Virus record (IMG/VR): IMGVR_UViG_3300042837_000036
Span: 1 to 28,885 of that record
DNA from: a virus
Taxonomy: Duplodnaviria > Caudoviricetes
Length of the DNA stretch: 28,885 bases
Direction: 5' to 3' (one strand)
Within the stretch, counting starts at the first letter, position 1. Each line of letters begins with the position of its first letter. The position numbers and the translations under genes are program-made. This document shows, one piece after another, positions 6,698-15,446 of the stretch. Under the pieces are notes generated by a model. The model did not search any database and was not told where the DNA came from. It worked only from the letters and a program-made list of their open reading frames with translations.

Positions 6698-7035
6698 TCG
6701 GTAGCCATCCTGCGAGCATCAGCGCGGGCCTGGATGCAGCCGTACGCGCCGTCACGGGCACACGTGGTTTCCCTGCACGCGTAGTTGGTGTAGCCGTTGT
6801 CCGTGCCATGACGCTCGTCCCCAGGGTCGAGGCCACGTTCACGGCGAGAGTGCCTACGGCCCACGCTGTACTGGGCCCAGGCCGTGGTGCAGGGCTCACA
6901 GCGGCACTTGTTGTTCCCGTAGCCGTTCGGGGTGCCGTGGCGGCCACTGGTTACGGGTAGCTTGCAGGCGACGCCGCGACAGGGGCACGGGTCGTCGAAG
7001 ATGTTGATGAGATTGCCGGACTCGCTCTCGGTCAA
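6694..7035 (-). CDS. Small zinc-binding protein with two HGT..GY...C(R)..C repeats
   Basis: HGTPNGYGNNKCRCEPC and HGTDNGYTNYACRETTC; strong SD AAGGAGG before the TTG start. Confidence 0.75.
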   Translation of the reverse strand: MTESESGNLINIFDDPCPCRGVACKLPVTSGRHGTPNGYGNNKCRCEPCTTAWAQYSVGRRHSRRERGLDPGDERHGTDNGYTNYACRETTCARDGAYGCIQARADARRMATE

Positions 7036-7057
7036 CGCTTCCTCCTTCCAGAGACAG

Positions 7058-7100
7058 GGACAGGGGTATGCGGACCATTGTAGTCCACATACCCCTGTCC
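7058..7100 (-). repeat. 18-bp inverted repeat with a TACAAT-containing loop
   Basis: Minus strand reads GGACAGGGGTATGTGGAC-tacaatg-GTCCGCATACCCCTGTCC, with one G.U pair. Confidence 0.7.
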
Positions 7101-7113
7101 GGATCTTGCTGGA

Positions 7114-7971
7114 TCAGCCTCGCGGGACGTAGTACCCGCGACGCCGCCACTCGGGCAGAGCCTTCCGGCCGCCTCGGGCACCCTCGTTGTACTTAAAGAC
7201 GAGAACTGCTGCCAGGGCCATCGTTGGCCTCATCTTCTGGATCTTGGCCCAGGAGTAGGCCTCATTCAGAAGGCCCTTGGCCCGCTCCGGAATCTCACGC
7301 ATCTTCTCCACCAGTCGGGCCACGTCCACCCGACTGCCGTACTCCTCCAGGATCGCCGCGACCCCCTCCAGAACCACGCCGCGAGTGGCGTCGTAGTCCT
7401 GGCCGTAGGCCCGCTTCAGAACAATCAGGGCCAGTTCCAGGGTGTTGGGCTCCCGCTTGTTTTTCACCGAGATGCGGTAGATCCGCTCCATTGCCGTAAC
7501 CGCCGCGATCGAGCCGTCAGCGGGGAACGTGCTGACCTTGTAGCCGTGGTTGGTGACGATCTCCAGAATCTCCCGGACAGTCTTATCGCCAGCCACTCCG
7601 GTGATTCGGAACCGGTCAGTTGCGCGAGGCTTGGTGCCGTCGTTGTGCGTAACGAACAGAGCAGCCTCCTGCTCCTCGGTGAGATTGTCGAACACCTCAC
7701 AGCGAACCTGGGTGGGTCCGCCTTCCTTGAGCTTGCGGTTCAGTACCGCCAACCGGGTCTGCCCATCCAGGACCACCTGGTCCCCATCGGCCCGCCGGGA
7801 CACCAGGAGGGTACCGACACCGCTGGGAGTGAACCGCTTGTAAATTCGCCTGATCTTGTTGAGATCCTCGGGCCGCTGGACCTTGGGGTCCACGGTCAGT
7901 TTCTCGACATCCAGGAACTCGATCGTCGAGTCCAGGTCATCCAGAAACGACAGGTTCAGATAGGTAACCAT
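7114..7971 (-). CDS. ParB/Srx-like N-terminal domain protein (DGQ[HT]R type)
   Basis: L.VDP.VQR ... GTLLVSRR ... VLDGQTRL ... EEQEAALFV..N.G motifs followed by a helical C-terminal domain. Confidence 0.75.
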   Translation of the reverse strand: MVTYLNLSFLDDLDSTIEFLDVEKLTVDPKVQRPEDLNKIRRIYKRFTPSGVGTLLVSRRADGDQVVLDGQTRLAVLNRKLKEGGPTQVRCEVFDNLTEEQEAALFVTHNDGTKPRATDRFRITGVAGDKTVREILEIVTNHGYKVSTFPADGSIAAVTAMERIYRISVKNKREPNTLELALIVLKRAYGQDYDATRGVVLEGVAAILEEYGSRVDVARLVEKMREIPERAKGLLNEAYSWAKIQKMRPTMALAAVLVFKYNEGARGGRKALPEWRRRGYYVPRG

Positions 7972-8828
7972 CAGTTAGCCGTGGTCCTTCCTAGGAGCTT
8001 CTTGTGTACACGGTTGATTCCGTACTTAACCGCATTGATCTCAGCTCTCCACGCCTCAGCTTCTTCTGCTGTGATCTGCGGATGGAGATCCGTCAGATTG
8101 CTGTAGGCCCTTGCCACCGTCCGCAGAAGCGGAAGTGAATCCTGCATCAGTCGCCGCTGCTCAGCGGCAGTTTGAATGCTCTCCGGTGACGCCAGGAGTT
8201 CCAACTCGGCAGTAATCTTGCGGTACTCGGTGTAGGCGTGGCGGGTGAGCTTGCTGTTTTCAAACTTCTCGATCGCCTCACGCAGGGCCTGCTGCTGTCG
8301 AGGAGGGAGATCCTCGATACGCATCAGTCTCGAATACAGCGTTAATGCCAGCTGAATAGGATGCTGACCATGGCCGGTGAGATGGGATACGCGCCTGCGC
8401 CAGGGATTTCTTTTTGTCGCAGCAAGCTCCTCTTCTGTCCTTCTCCGGCCAGTTCTTGAGATGTGGTTTTTGCGGACCCCTATGAGGCGCTGCTCTAGGA
8501 GCATTTTGGCGCAGGCCTGCCTCAGGTCGAAGATCCTGCGACCGTCGTAGGGAACCTGTAGTGGATGGTCAGCCTTTTCAAGGAACTCGAAGGCCTCTTC
8601 CATCGTTTCAGCTACTTGCACCTCAACGGTGACGGTGTTCAGTAGCAGACCCAGCCTTCGAGCCCCATCGAGGAGGATGTGATCCTTGGTTACCAGGATC
8701 GGTACCAGCATTCCGTTCGCAGCGATGTCAGCAGCTAATGCCTTGATGTCGCCTCGTCTAGCTCGCTGTGGGTCCTGGCTGGGCGGGATCACGATATCCG
8801 CAATACGCATTCGTATCAGCTTGGCCAT
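7971..8828 (-). CDS. ParB N-terminal-domain protein
   Basis: I.DI.I ... R.D..ALAADIAANGMLVPILVT....LLDGARRL. Stop/start coupled (TGATG) to the second ParB-like gene. Confidence 0.75.
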   Translation of the reverse strand: MAKLIRMRIADIVIPPSQDPQRARRGDIKALAADIAANGMLVPILVTKDHILLDGARRLGLLLNTVTVEVQVAETMEEAFEFLEKADHPLQVPYDGRRIFDLRQACAKMLLEQRLIGVRKNHISRTGRRRTEEELAATKRNPWRRRVSHLTGHGQHPIQLALTLYSRLMRIEDLPPRQQQALREAIEKFENSKLTRHAYTEYRKITAELELLASPESIQTAAEQRRLMQDSLPLLRTVARAYSNLTDLHPQITAEEAEAWRAEINAVKYGINRVHKKLLGRTTAN

Positions 8829-8864
8829 CGGATCCTTTCACTAGTTGTTTCGCTGTCAGGATCC

Positions 8865-8895
8865 ACTGTACCACATGGAGTGGTACAAGTGTCAA
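8865..8895 (-). promoter_or_regulatory. Sigma-A-like promoter with a palindromic operator-like site in the spacer
   Basis: Minus strand: TTGACA (8895-90), 19 nt, TACAGT (8870-65), with TG-n extension. Inverted repeat TGTACCAC-atgga-GTGGTACA at 8867-8887. Confidence 0.65.
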
Positions 8896-11309
8896 GCGCT
8901 GACCAACCAGCCGCCCGGAATTCTACCAACGCCACCCCACCGTAGCGGACCCAACTGCACCAGGCCACGATCAGCAGCATCCAGGCGCACCGCGAACCGG
9001 GTAGCCCCCAGCGGACGTTCACCCACCGAGCGACACCAGTTCGAGTACATCGTGTACAGATCCCGAGTGTTCATCGCCTGATCTGGGGCCAGGACCAGTT
9101 CGCCCACCGTGGCCCGGTCATCCAGGAACTTGATCACCGAATCGGACTGCTCCCGCAGAGCCCGCACCGCCGCCGTCACCTGACCTGGCTCCGCCAGTCC
9201 CTGCCGGTGGTACGCGGCCAACCCCTCCAGCAACCACAACAGGATTCCGTCCGCCTCCTCCACCAGGATCGCGTCCATCGCCCGCACCTGACCTTCACCC
9301 AGGAACACGGTGTCGAACGGGATCAGCTTCACCCGGTTCCAGATCGCCCGGTCGTCCGTAGTGAACCGGGGGGCGTGATTGGTGGCCAGCCAGATCGAAG
9401 CCTCGTTACGCCACGTCTGGAACGTCTCGTACAGCCCACGGGAGCGCATCAGGTCCCGGCCGGTGTAGCGCTTCACCAATTCCTCGTTCCAGCGGACTCC
9501 TTCCGAGGTTTCCGAGGTGGTGACGAACCGTTTGCCTTTCAGTCCATGCAGAGCCGGCGTGGCGGCGGTGTCGTCGGAACTGCGGGACTCCCGGAACGTG
9601 CCCGACGGAGCGGTCTCCCCATAGCCCCCGAACACCGCATTCAACGTCTCCAGGAAGGTGGACTTGCCGGTACCGGACGGGCCGTAGACCACGAACATGG
9701 CCCGCTCCGAAGGGTCACCCAGAAGCGTGTAGCCCAGACAGCGCTGCACGTAGGCGCGCATCTCTTCGTCCGGGAGTGCTTGTTCCAGGAACTGCTTCCA
9801 CTGCGGCGCTTTAGCGTCCGGGTCGTAGGAGGCGTTGAGCTTCCGGGTGATCATGTAGCTGGGGTCGTGCGGGTTCAGGTTGCCCGTCTTCAGGTCATAG
9901 ACCCCGTTCTCCAGGTTCAGCCACCGAGGCTCAGAGTCGAAATCTGAGGCCGAGACTGTCATCCCCGGCTGCGAGAAGAAGAACTTGGCCATCGCCGCTT
10001 GTTTGCCGGCGGACCGTGCTTTGGCTCCCTGCTTCGCCACCGCCTCGTCACCTGACCGCATCATGCGACGGGTAATGCAGTCCGTCTCCCACAGGATCGC
10101 GTTGTCGTTGGCCGCCCACACAGTTCCGTCCCAGGCGCGGGCCTTCTTCTCCTCCACGACCCAGCGGTGGATGTCACTGATCTGGTGTTCCGGGTAGTAA
10201 CACGCCTTCTGGGCCAGCATGCGTTGACCGTTACCCACGTCATCCAGGGTATAACTTTCACCGTCTTCAATGGGAACTATTTCATCGTCACCTGCGCGCG
10301 GAGCAATATAGGCAGACCCGAAACCTTGCCGCGCCAACGCCTTGGCGGCTTCCTTGAAATCTCCCCGGTGCCACAGCGCGGTGTAGGCACCAAACTTCGT
10401 GTAGGTGGAGTCTGGTTCCAGCTCTGACACTGAGGAGGAGAAGACCTTGAGAAGATCAGAACCCTCGTAGTTGGTGGTGGCCGAATGCCCGTCACGACGG
10501 CTCTTGCCGGGACGCACCCAGTACTCCTCGACACCCCGACGGTGGGAGAAGGTCCAGCCCACCGGCTCCAGGATGTCGGCCCACGCCATTCGGGCCGCGT
10601 ATTCGTCCCCGGGACGGTCACCGGCCCCCTCGGGACGGGGACCCACAACGGCACGGTCAGTGGCGACCTGGGGAGGTACGACCAGTGCCTTGGAGGGGGC
10701 CGGTGCCTCGTCCAATGCTAGTCGCAGAATCTCGTGCAGTGCCTGCCGCTCCTCCCACGTGACCGTGGGAATGACTCCCGGCACAGACTCACCGAGGAAG
10801 TCCCACGATTCACCGGACGGGTGACACAGTCCCGACGTGGGGGCCACGATCACGTAGCCACCTTCACCACGGGTTTCGGCCCGAACCTTGCCGTCAACGT
10901 CCCGGGCGATCTTCTCGTTGCCAGGGACCAGGTGGTCGGAGACGCGGTAGAGGAGGTGAATGCCTCCGGATGGTGTCCATTCCGAGTAGCTCTGGCGTAG
11001 ACCTTCCCAGATGTAGGTCATGCCCCGTTCGGAAGCGATCCGGTCGATGGTTTCCATCAGGTCCGCGTTGAGGGCAACGGACCCTTCGAGCTCGGTCATC
11101 TCCAGGTTGCCTGACACCGCTCCGCAGATCACGGCCAACCCGTACTCGTGGCCGTTGCCCCACCAGCGTTCCAGGTCGCCGAGTCCGGGGATCCGGGCCT
11201 GATATTCGGCCCACTCCACAACGGGTCGCTTGGTGCCGTTGGTCCGGATCGGGATGGTTGATACGCCTGCGGAGTGCCAAGCAGCCGCTGCTTGTGGTAC
11301 TGTAAGCAC
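8892..11309 (-). CDS. Bifunctional primase-polymerase fused to a D5/P4-type SF3 helicase
   Basis: N-terminal Prim-Pol (KRP...W ... GLAVICGAVSG ... TPSGG.HL.YR ... ETRGEGGYVIVAP), D5_N (LNLENGVYDLKTG.L.PHDP..MIT), Walker A GPSGTGKST and SF3 motif C (WLATNHAP). Confidence 0.93.
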   Translation of the reverse strand: MLTVPQAAAAWHSAGVSTIPIRTNGTKRPVVEWAEYQARIPGLGDLERWWGNGHEYGLAVICGAVSGNLEMTELEGSVALNADLMETIDRIASERGMTYIWEGLRQSYSEWTPSGGIHLLYRVSDHLVPGNEKIARDVDGKVRAETRGEGGYVIVAPTSGLCHPSGESWDFLGESVPGVIPTVTWEERQALHEILRLALDEAPAPSKALVVPPQVATDRAVVGPRPEGAGDRPGDEYAARMAWADILEPVGWTFSHRRGVEEYWVRPGKSRRDGHSATTNYEGSDLLKVFSSSVSELEPDSTYTKFGAYTALWHRGDFKEAAKALARQGFGSAYIAPRAGDDEIVPIEDGESYTLDDVGNGQRMLAQKACYYPEHQISDIHRWVVEEKKARAWDGTVWAANDNAILWETDCITRRMMRSGDEAVAKQGAKARSAGKQAAMAKFFFSQPGMTVSASDFDSEPRWLNLENGVYDLKTGNLNPHDPSYMITRKLNASYDPDAKAPQWKQFLEQALPDEEMRAYVQRCLGYTLLGDPSERAMFVVYGPSGTGKSTFLETLNAVFGGYGETAPSGTFRESRSSDDTAATPALHGLKGKRFVTTSETSEGVRWNEELVKRYTGRDLMRSRGLYETFQTWRNEASIWLATNHAPRFTTDDRAIWNRVKLIPFDTVFLGEGQVRAMDAILVEEADGILLWLLEGLAAYHRQGLAEPGQVTAAVRALREQSDSVIKFLDDRATVGELVLAPDQAMNTRDLYTMYSNWCRSVGERPLGATRFAVRLDAADRGLVQLGPLRWGGVGRIPGGWLVSA

Positions 11310-11351
11310 TAGAACACCTCTCTCATGGGTTCACGTCTACGAGAGAACAGG

Positions 11352-11381
11352 ACAGGCCCCCGACCGGATCCGGGGGCCTGT
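11352..11381. terminator. Stem-loop (terminator or attenuator) between the SSB-like gene and the primase gene
   Basis: ACAGGCCCCCG-accggatc-CGGGGGCCTGT, an 11-bp perfect stem. Confidence 0.6.
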
Positions 11382-11446
11382 TCCATGTGTACCTCCTGGG
11401 AAGACTGAGGACTCAGTGTGCGCCCACGCTGAGATCAACTCCAGTC

Positions 11447-12097
11447 TCAGAACGGAGGATTCTCATCCTGTTGCCCAGGGTTAGGGTACGTGGGTAGGCC
11501 CGGTTGCGGCGCGTACGGATTGGAAGATTGTGCCTGCCGTCGCAGACGGTCCATAGTGGACTCTGACTGTGGAGGACCGGAGACTGGTGGGTTCCATTGT
11601 CCTGACTGCTGACCGGTGGCCGGCGGCCACGGGCTGCTTTGCGGCTGTGGGTCTCGTGGCTGCGGCGCATCCTGGCCGGGGTGGAACTGCGGGTGCGCGG
11701 CCAGCCATCGGCTCGCGTACTCCACCGCACCAGGATTAGTTGCTTGGTCAACTATCTGGTAGGCATCCCCGTCCTTGCCCATCTGGACCAGCATCGCGTC
11801 TTCCCTGGGAACGCCGATGGCGTGCTTGGTGTCCCGGATCAGTCGTCCCTGGGTCCACTTCGCGGCTCGCATCACCTTGCCGGGCTGGTTCAGTTCGTCG
11901 GGCAGGTTCAGGTCCACGATGTCGACGTAGACGGCGTCACTGGGGCGGCCATCCTGACGCGGGTACTTCGTGGCCGTGTCCGTCTCGTAGCGGACCGGCC
12001 ACACGATGAGCAGGTGTCCGACTATATCGGAGGGGTTCAGGTACGTGCGTGGAGCGTCGTCGTCCTGGCGACCAGCTCCGACAGGGGTGAACGGCAT
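11447..12097 (-). CDS. Putative single-stranded DNA-binding protein
   Basis: Beta-rich ~130-aa core, long Pro/Gln disordered tail and acidic-aromatic C-terminus (QDENPPF). Lies between the exonuclease and the primase. Confidence 0.6.
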   Translation of the reverse strand: MPFTPVGAGRQDDDAPRTYLNPSDIVGHLLIVWPVRYETDTATKYPRQDGRPSDAVYVDIVDLNLPDELNQPGKVMRAAKWTQGRLIRDTKHAIGVPREDAMLVQMGKDGDAYQIVDQATNPGAVEYASRWLAAHPQFHPGQDAPQPRDPQPQSSPWPPATGQQSGQWNPPVSGPPQSESTMDRLRRQAQSSNPYAPQPGLPTYPNPGQQDENPPF

Positions 12098-12125
12098 CAG
12101 TTCCTCGTTTCAGTTTCGGTTTCGG

Positions 12126-13016
12126 CTACTTGCCAGGGCACCCAAGATCCGAGGCACCTTCCTCGGGGGATCTTCGGAAATTGTACCAGGGGCAGAAGCC
12201 ACAGTCATGTGATGGTGACGCGTCAACCTGTTCCCAGCGGTGAGTGTTGGAAATGATTTCCAGTTCCACTAACCGGGTGGCGATGGCAGGGATTCTCGCC
12301 AGGGACATCTCCGCCACGCTGCGGTCGTAGGGCCACGTCTCAACGTGAGCGTCCTTGATGTTGCCGGCCCTGGGGAAGTAGAACAGTGACACGTGGTTGA
12401 CCTTGAACCCGGCACGCTCGTACCCGTACCCGTAGATCTGTACCTGGCGACGGTAGTTCTCCGGGGAACCCTCCGACTTGATTTTCTTCATCTTGTCGGG
12501 ACTGGCACCCTTGTAGTCGATCACAATCCCCTCGGGAACCCAGAACAGGTCACTGCGCCCCTGGACATCGGCTGACATCTGCAGACGGGTCTCCGGCACC
12601 CACTCTGCCAGTTGGCCCGGTCGTACCGTGTCCTGGATCCAGTCACGGAAGGCGTTCTCCAGCCAGTCGTGGACAGCTGTTCCCACGATCGCCGGCCACG
12701 GATCCAGGGTCGTGTTGATCCTCTCAACTTCGGCCAGCCGGTAACCGATGCGACGATCGCATGGACTGGACAGCTCCGACGGTCCGATGTTGACCTGGGC
12801 GCTGCGAGGGTTCCGCTGATCCCGCCAGTGGATTACCTTCAGGATTTCGTCCTTGATCCGTCTGGCGATCGGATCTTCTCCCGGATGTATCTGCGTGAAC
12901 GGCATCTCCAACTGCTCCGATCTGGCAGGTTTCTTCAGGATCGGCTCACAGTACGGGTGGCTGCCGACATCCTCCAGGAACGGATCCAGGCGCGTCTTAC
13001 AGATCCGACACTTCAT
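12126..13016 (-). CDS. Cas4-like PD-(D/E)xK exonuclease
   Basis: IGPSEL..PC.R, GTAVH, E...G..D....VIDYK, QVQIYG.G and C-terminal CGFCPW...C give a RecB-family core with a split Cys cluster. Confidence 0.85.
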   Translation of the reverse strand: MKCRICKTRLDPFLEDVGSHPYCEPILKKPARSEQLEMPFTQIHPGEDPIARRIKDEILKVIHWRDQRNPRSAQVNIGPSELSSPCDRRIGYRLAEVERINTTLDPWPAIVGTAVHDWLENAFRDWIQDTVRPGQLAEWVPETRLQMSADVQGRSDLFWVPEGIVIDYKGASPDKMKKIKSEGSPENYRRQVQIYGYGYERAGFKVNHVSLFYFPRAGNIKDAHVETWPYDRSVAEMSLARIPAIATRLVELEIISNTHRWEQVDASPSHDCGFCPWYNFRRSPEEGASDLGCPGK

Positions 13017-13408
13017 CGATCCGTCAGAACTCCCAGGAAACCGAAGTCGTACGAGTAGGACTGATCCTTACGGATCCGTGCCAGCAGCACCTCCTGGGTG
13101 ATGCCAGCTTTCTGCGAAGCCACTGCCAGAGTCACGAAACGTTCCCGGAAATCAGGGAACTCATCCAGTGCCTTCGTCCCGGCGTCCATGAAAGCTGCCA
13201 CTGCCTCAGCGTTGCGCTCGTTGAGTTGATCCAGGGCACCGTAAGTTTCCCACCGGTAGAGACTGGTCACCGCGATACCCAGGATGTCCGCGAGGGCAGC
13301 CTTCGACAGGCCCAGGCGGGTGCGCATCTCAGTCATTTCACCAGAGAACATGGCCCACCGACCACGCGAGATGGGATCAGTGGCCTGGACTGCCTGTTCA
13401 CGCGTCAC
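13013..13408 (-). CDS. HTH DNA-binding protein
   Basis: MRTRLGLSKAALADILGIAVTSLYRWE is an XRE-like HTH; a second HTH-like stretch (VTLAVASQKAGIT) follows. Confidence 0.75.
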   Translation of the reverse strand: MTREQAVQATDPISRGRWAMFSGEMTEMRTRLGLSKAALADILGIAVTSLYRWETYGALDQLNERNAEAVAAFMDAGTKALDEFPDFRERFVTLAVASQKAGITQEVLLARIRKDQSYSYDFGFLGVLTDR

Positions 13409-13637
13409 TGTTTATCGCCTCCAGTTCCATCGTTACTTGTAGACCCAGTGCCGCAGCCCACGCGATGAGGGTGCTCAGTTGGATGCTGCCAGTGGCGTTT
13501 TCCAGTTGGCCAAGATTCTGATGGGTGCGTCCCATGCGGCGGGCCACCGTTGACTGGGTAAGCCCCTGTGCCCTGCGGGTCTTGGCAAGGAAAAGGCGAA
13601 CTTCATTCAGATCCATGGGCTGGATCCCTCCCTTCAT
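13398..13637 (-). CDS. XRE-family HTH regulator
   Basis: LAKTRRAQGLTQSTVARRMGRTHQNLGQLEN...LSTLIAWAAALG. The start may be 13637 (leaderless) or 13616 (SD GGGAGG). Confidence 0.88.
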   Translation of the reverse strand: MKGGIQPMDLNEVRLFLAKTRRAQGLTQSTVARRMGRTHQNLGQLENATGSIQLSTLIAWAAALGLQVTMELEAINSDA

Positions 13638-13663
13638 CCATTACTGTACCCTATGATCACTAC

Positions 13664-15118
13664 ATGGGTTTGTCTGTTGCGGAACGTCTCGCCCAGCTTT
13701 CAGCTGATGAGCGCAGCGAGTTCATCATGCGACAGACCCCTGAAGTTCTTCAGGAGATGCTCCGAGGTGAGTGGTGGTACACGTCCCGCCCGGAACAGTG
13801 CCCGCCAGAGGGTGGCAAGTGGCTGGTGGCTTTGGCCCTCGCCGGTCGTGGCTGGGGTAAGTCCCGGGCCTCCGGAGAGTGGCTGGTACAGCAGGTCATC
13901 AAGCATCCCTACGACCGGTCCGGTGCCCCCACCGAATGGCTACTGATCGCGGAGACCTTGGCAGACGCCCGTACGATCTGTATTGAGGGACCGGCGGGAC
14001 TGAAACGGATCCTTGATCGCCGTGGTATCGCGTACCGATACAAGCAGTCACCCCGTCCCATGATCCTGTTCCCGGATGGCCAGAAGATCTATGCGGAAGG
14101 TGCCGATGACGCCGATGTGGGTCGCGGCTACAACGCAGCTGGCGCAGTCCTCGACGAGGTCGCGAAATGGATCCGTCCCTACGAGTCGTGGTGGGAGGGG
14201 ATCCTTCCGTCACTTCGTTCGGATCTTATTAATGACCATCCTCGGGCTTTTGTTGCTACCACCCCCAAGCCTATTAAGATCATTCAGGAGTGGGTTGGCA
14301 GTTCTGATGGATCCGTGCATCTCATGGGTGGATCCACCTTCGATAACGCTGTCAACCTTTCCAGCTACGTACTCGTGGAACTGGAGAAGAAGTACCGAGG
14401 CACCGCCATCGGTCAGCAGGAGTTGTACGGAAAGGTTCTGGAGCTCAATGCAGGCGGCCTCTTCCGGCGCATGGACATCGTTAACCATCGTGTCGATGCT
14501 CTACCGGAGGATGCGACCATCGCTTCCACCGTGGTCGGCATGGACCCGAACCTCACCGGAGAAGAGGCCCAGACCGGGATCGTCGCGCTGTGCCGGACGA
14601 CGGACGGAGAAATCTACGTCCTGGGTGATCGGACCATCCAAGGGTCCGGGCGTCAGGCGGCGCTGGCGGCGTGGCGGGCGGTAAGCGAATTCGAGGCCGA
14701 CGTCCTGGTGTACGAGGAGAACCTCGGCAAGCGGTACCTGCAGGAGGTGCTACAGGACGCTTACCGGGAGTACTGCGATCTTGGCATGTTCCCGAAAAAC
14801 ACGTCCCCGCCGATGAAGCCGGTCCACGCCAAGCACGGAAAGAAGACCCGTGCTGAGCCGGTGGCAATGCGGGCTGAACAGGGTCGGCTTCATTTCGTGG
14901 GCGACGAGATGGGGGAACTGGAGGACCAGTGCGTCATGTTCGATCCGTTGTCGGCGCAGGATTCCCCAGACCGGATGGACGCCATGGTCCATGGCTGTAT
15001 CTATCTGATGGCGGGGGAACGTAAGCGGATGAGGATCGGTAAGCCGGGTGACGGACAGGTCTTCCCTGGCAACTTCTACGACCTGAACCAGTTCGGTCCG
15101 CAACCAGCGTTCCCGTAA
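13664..15118 (+). CDS. terL: Terminase large subunit
   Basis: Walker A AGRGWGKSR, Walker B AVLDEVA, ATTPK coupling motif, GSTFDN, RNase H-like VVGMDP and SPDRMDA. Start ATG 13664 (MGLSVAERL) lies 6 nt after TATGAT. Confidence 0.95.
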   Translation: MGLSVAERLAQLSADERSEFIMRQTPEVLQEMLRGEWWYTSRPEQCPPEGGKWLVALALAGRGWGKSRASGEWLVQQVIKHPYDRSGAPTEWLLIAETLADARTICIEGPAGLKRILDRRGIAYRYKQSPRPMILFPDGQKIYAEGADDADVGRGYNAAGAVLDEVAKWIRPYESWWEGILPSLRSDLINDHPRAFVATTPKPIKIIQEWVGSSDGSVHLMGGSTFDNAVNLSSYVLVELEKKYRGTAIGQQELYGKVLELNAGGLFRRMDIVNHRVDALPEDATIASTVVGMDPNLTGEEAQTGIVALCRTTDGEIYVLGDRTIQGSGRQAALAAWRAVSEFEADVLVYEENLGKRYLQEVLQDAYREYCDLGMFPKNTSPPMKPVHAKHGKKTRAEPVAMRAEQGRLHFVGDEMGELEDQCVMFDPLSAQDSPDRMDAMVHGCIYLMAGERKRMRIGKPGDGQVFPGNFYDLNQFGPQPAFP

Positions 15119-15160
15119 CGCATCTTCCTCTTGCGTGGAAAGGGTCCCTATAGTATGGCT

Positions 15161-15442
15161 ATGCTTTTGATCAGTATTGGGCTGGGCTTCCTGGCGACAG
15201 TCAGGTTGACCCGACTCATGGTTTCTGATCGCCTCACATTGCCTTATCGACAATGGGTTCAGAGGCGGTGGGGGGACGAGTCCCTTGCCGCGTATTGGGC
15301 CCACTGCCCTTGGTGTACAAGTATCTGGCTGTCCGCACTGGTCATGCCGGGTGCCATACTGATTCCGAATCAGTGGGTTTTGGCAGTCCTTGCCGTACCT
15401 GCTGCAAGCTTGGTTGCTGGACTGATCCTGGACCGGGAGTAG
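15161..15442 (+). CDS. Small membrane protein (DUF1360-like)
   Basis: LAT.RLTRL...D ... CPWC.SIW plus hydrophobic helices, between TerL and portal. Start 15161 lies 6 nt after TATAGT; alternative start 15155. Confidence 0.75.
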   Translation: MLLISIGLGFLATVRLTRLMVSDRLTLPYRQWVQRRWGDESLAAYWAHCPWCTSIWLSALVMPGAILIPNQWVLAVLAVPAASLVAGLILDRE

Positions 15443-15446
15443 AATT

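Noticed and set aside
9207-9947. 246-aa plus-strand ORF inside the helicase gene
   Set aside because: It is a high-GC antisense artefact of the primase-helicase gene.
12126-13016. Cas4-like gene as evidence of a CRISPR-Cas system
   Set aside because: There is no repeat-spacer array or other cas gene, and stand-alone Cas4-like exonucleases are common in phage replication modules.
13568-13663. Upstream extensions of the supplied ORFs for TerL (13568), lipoprotein (4572), protease (18463) and TerS-like gene (3564)
   Set aside because: The extensions overlap other genes or promoters; better-supported starts are 13664, 4905, 18595 and 3633.
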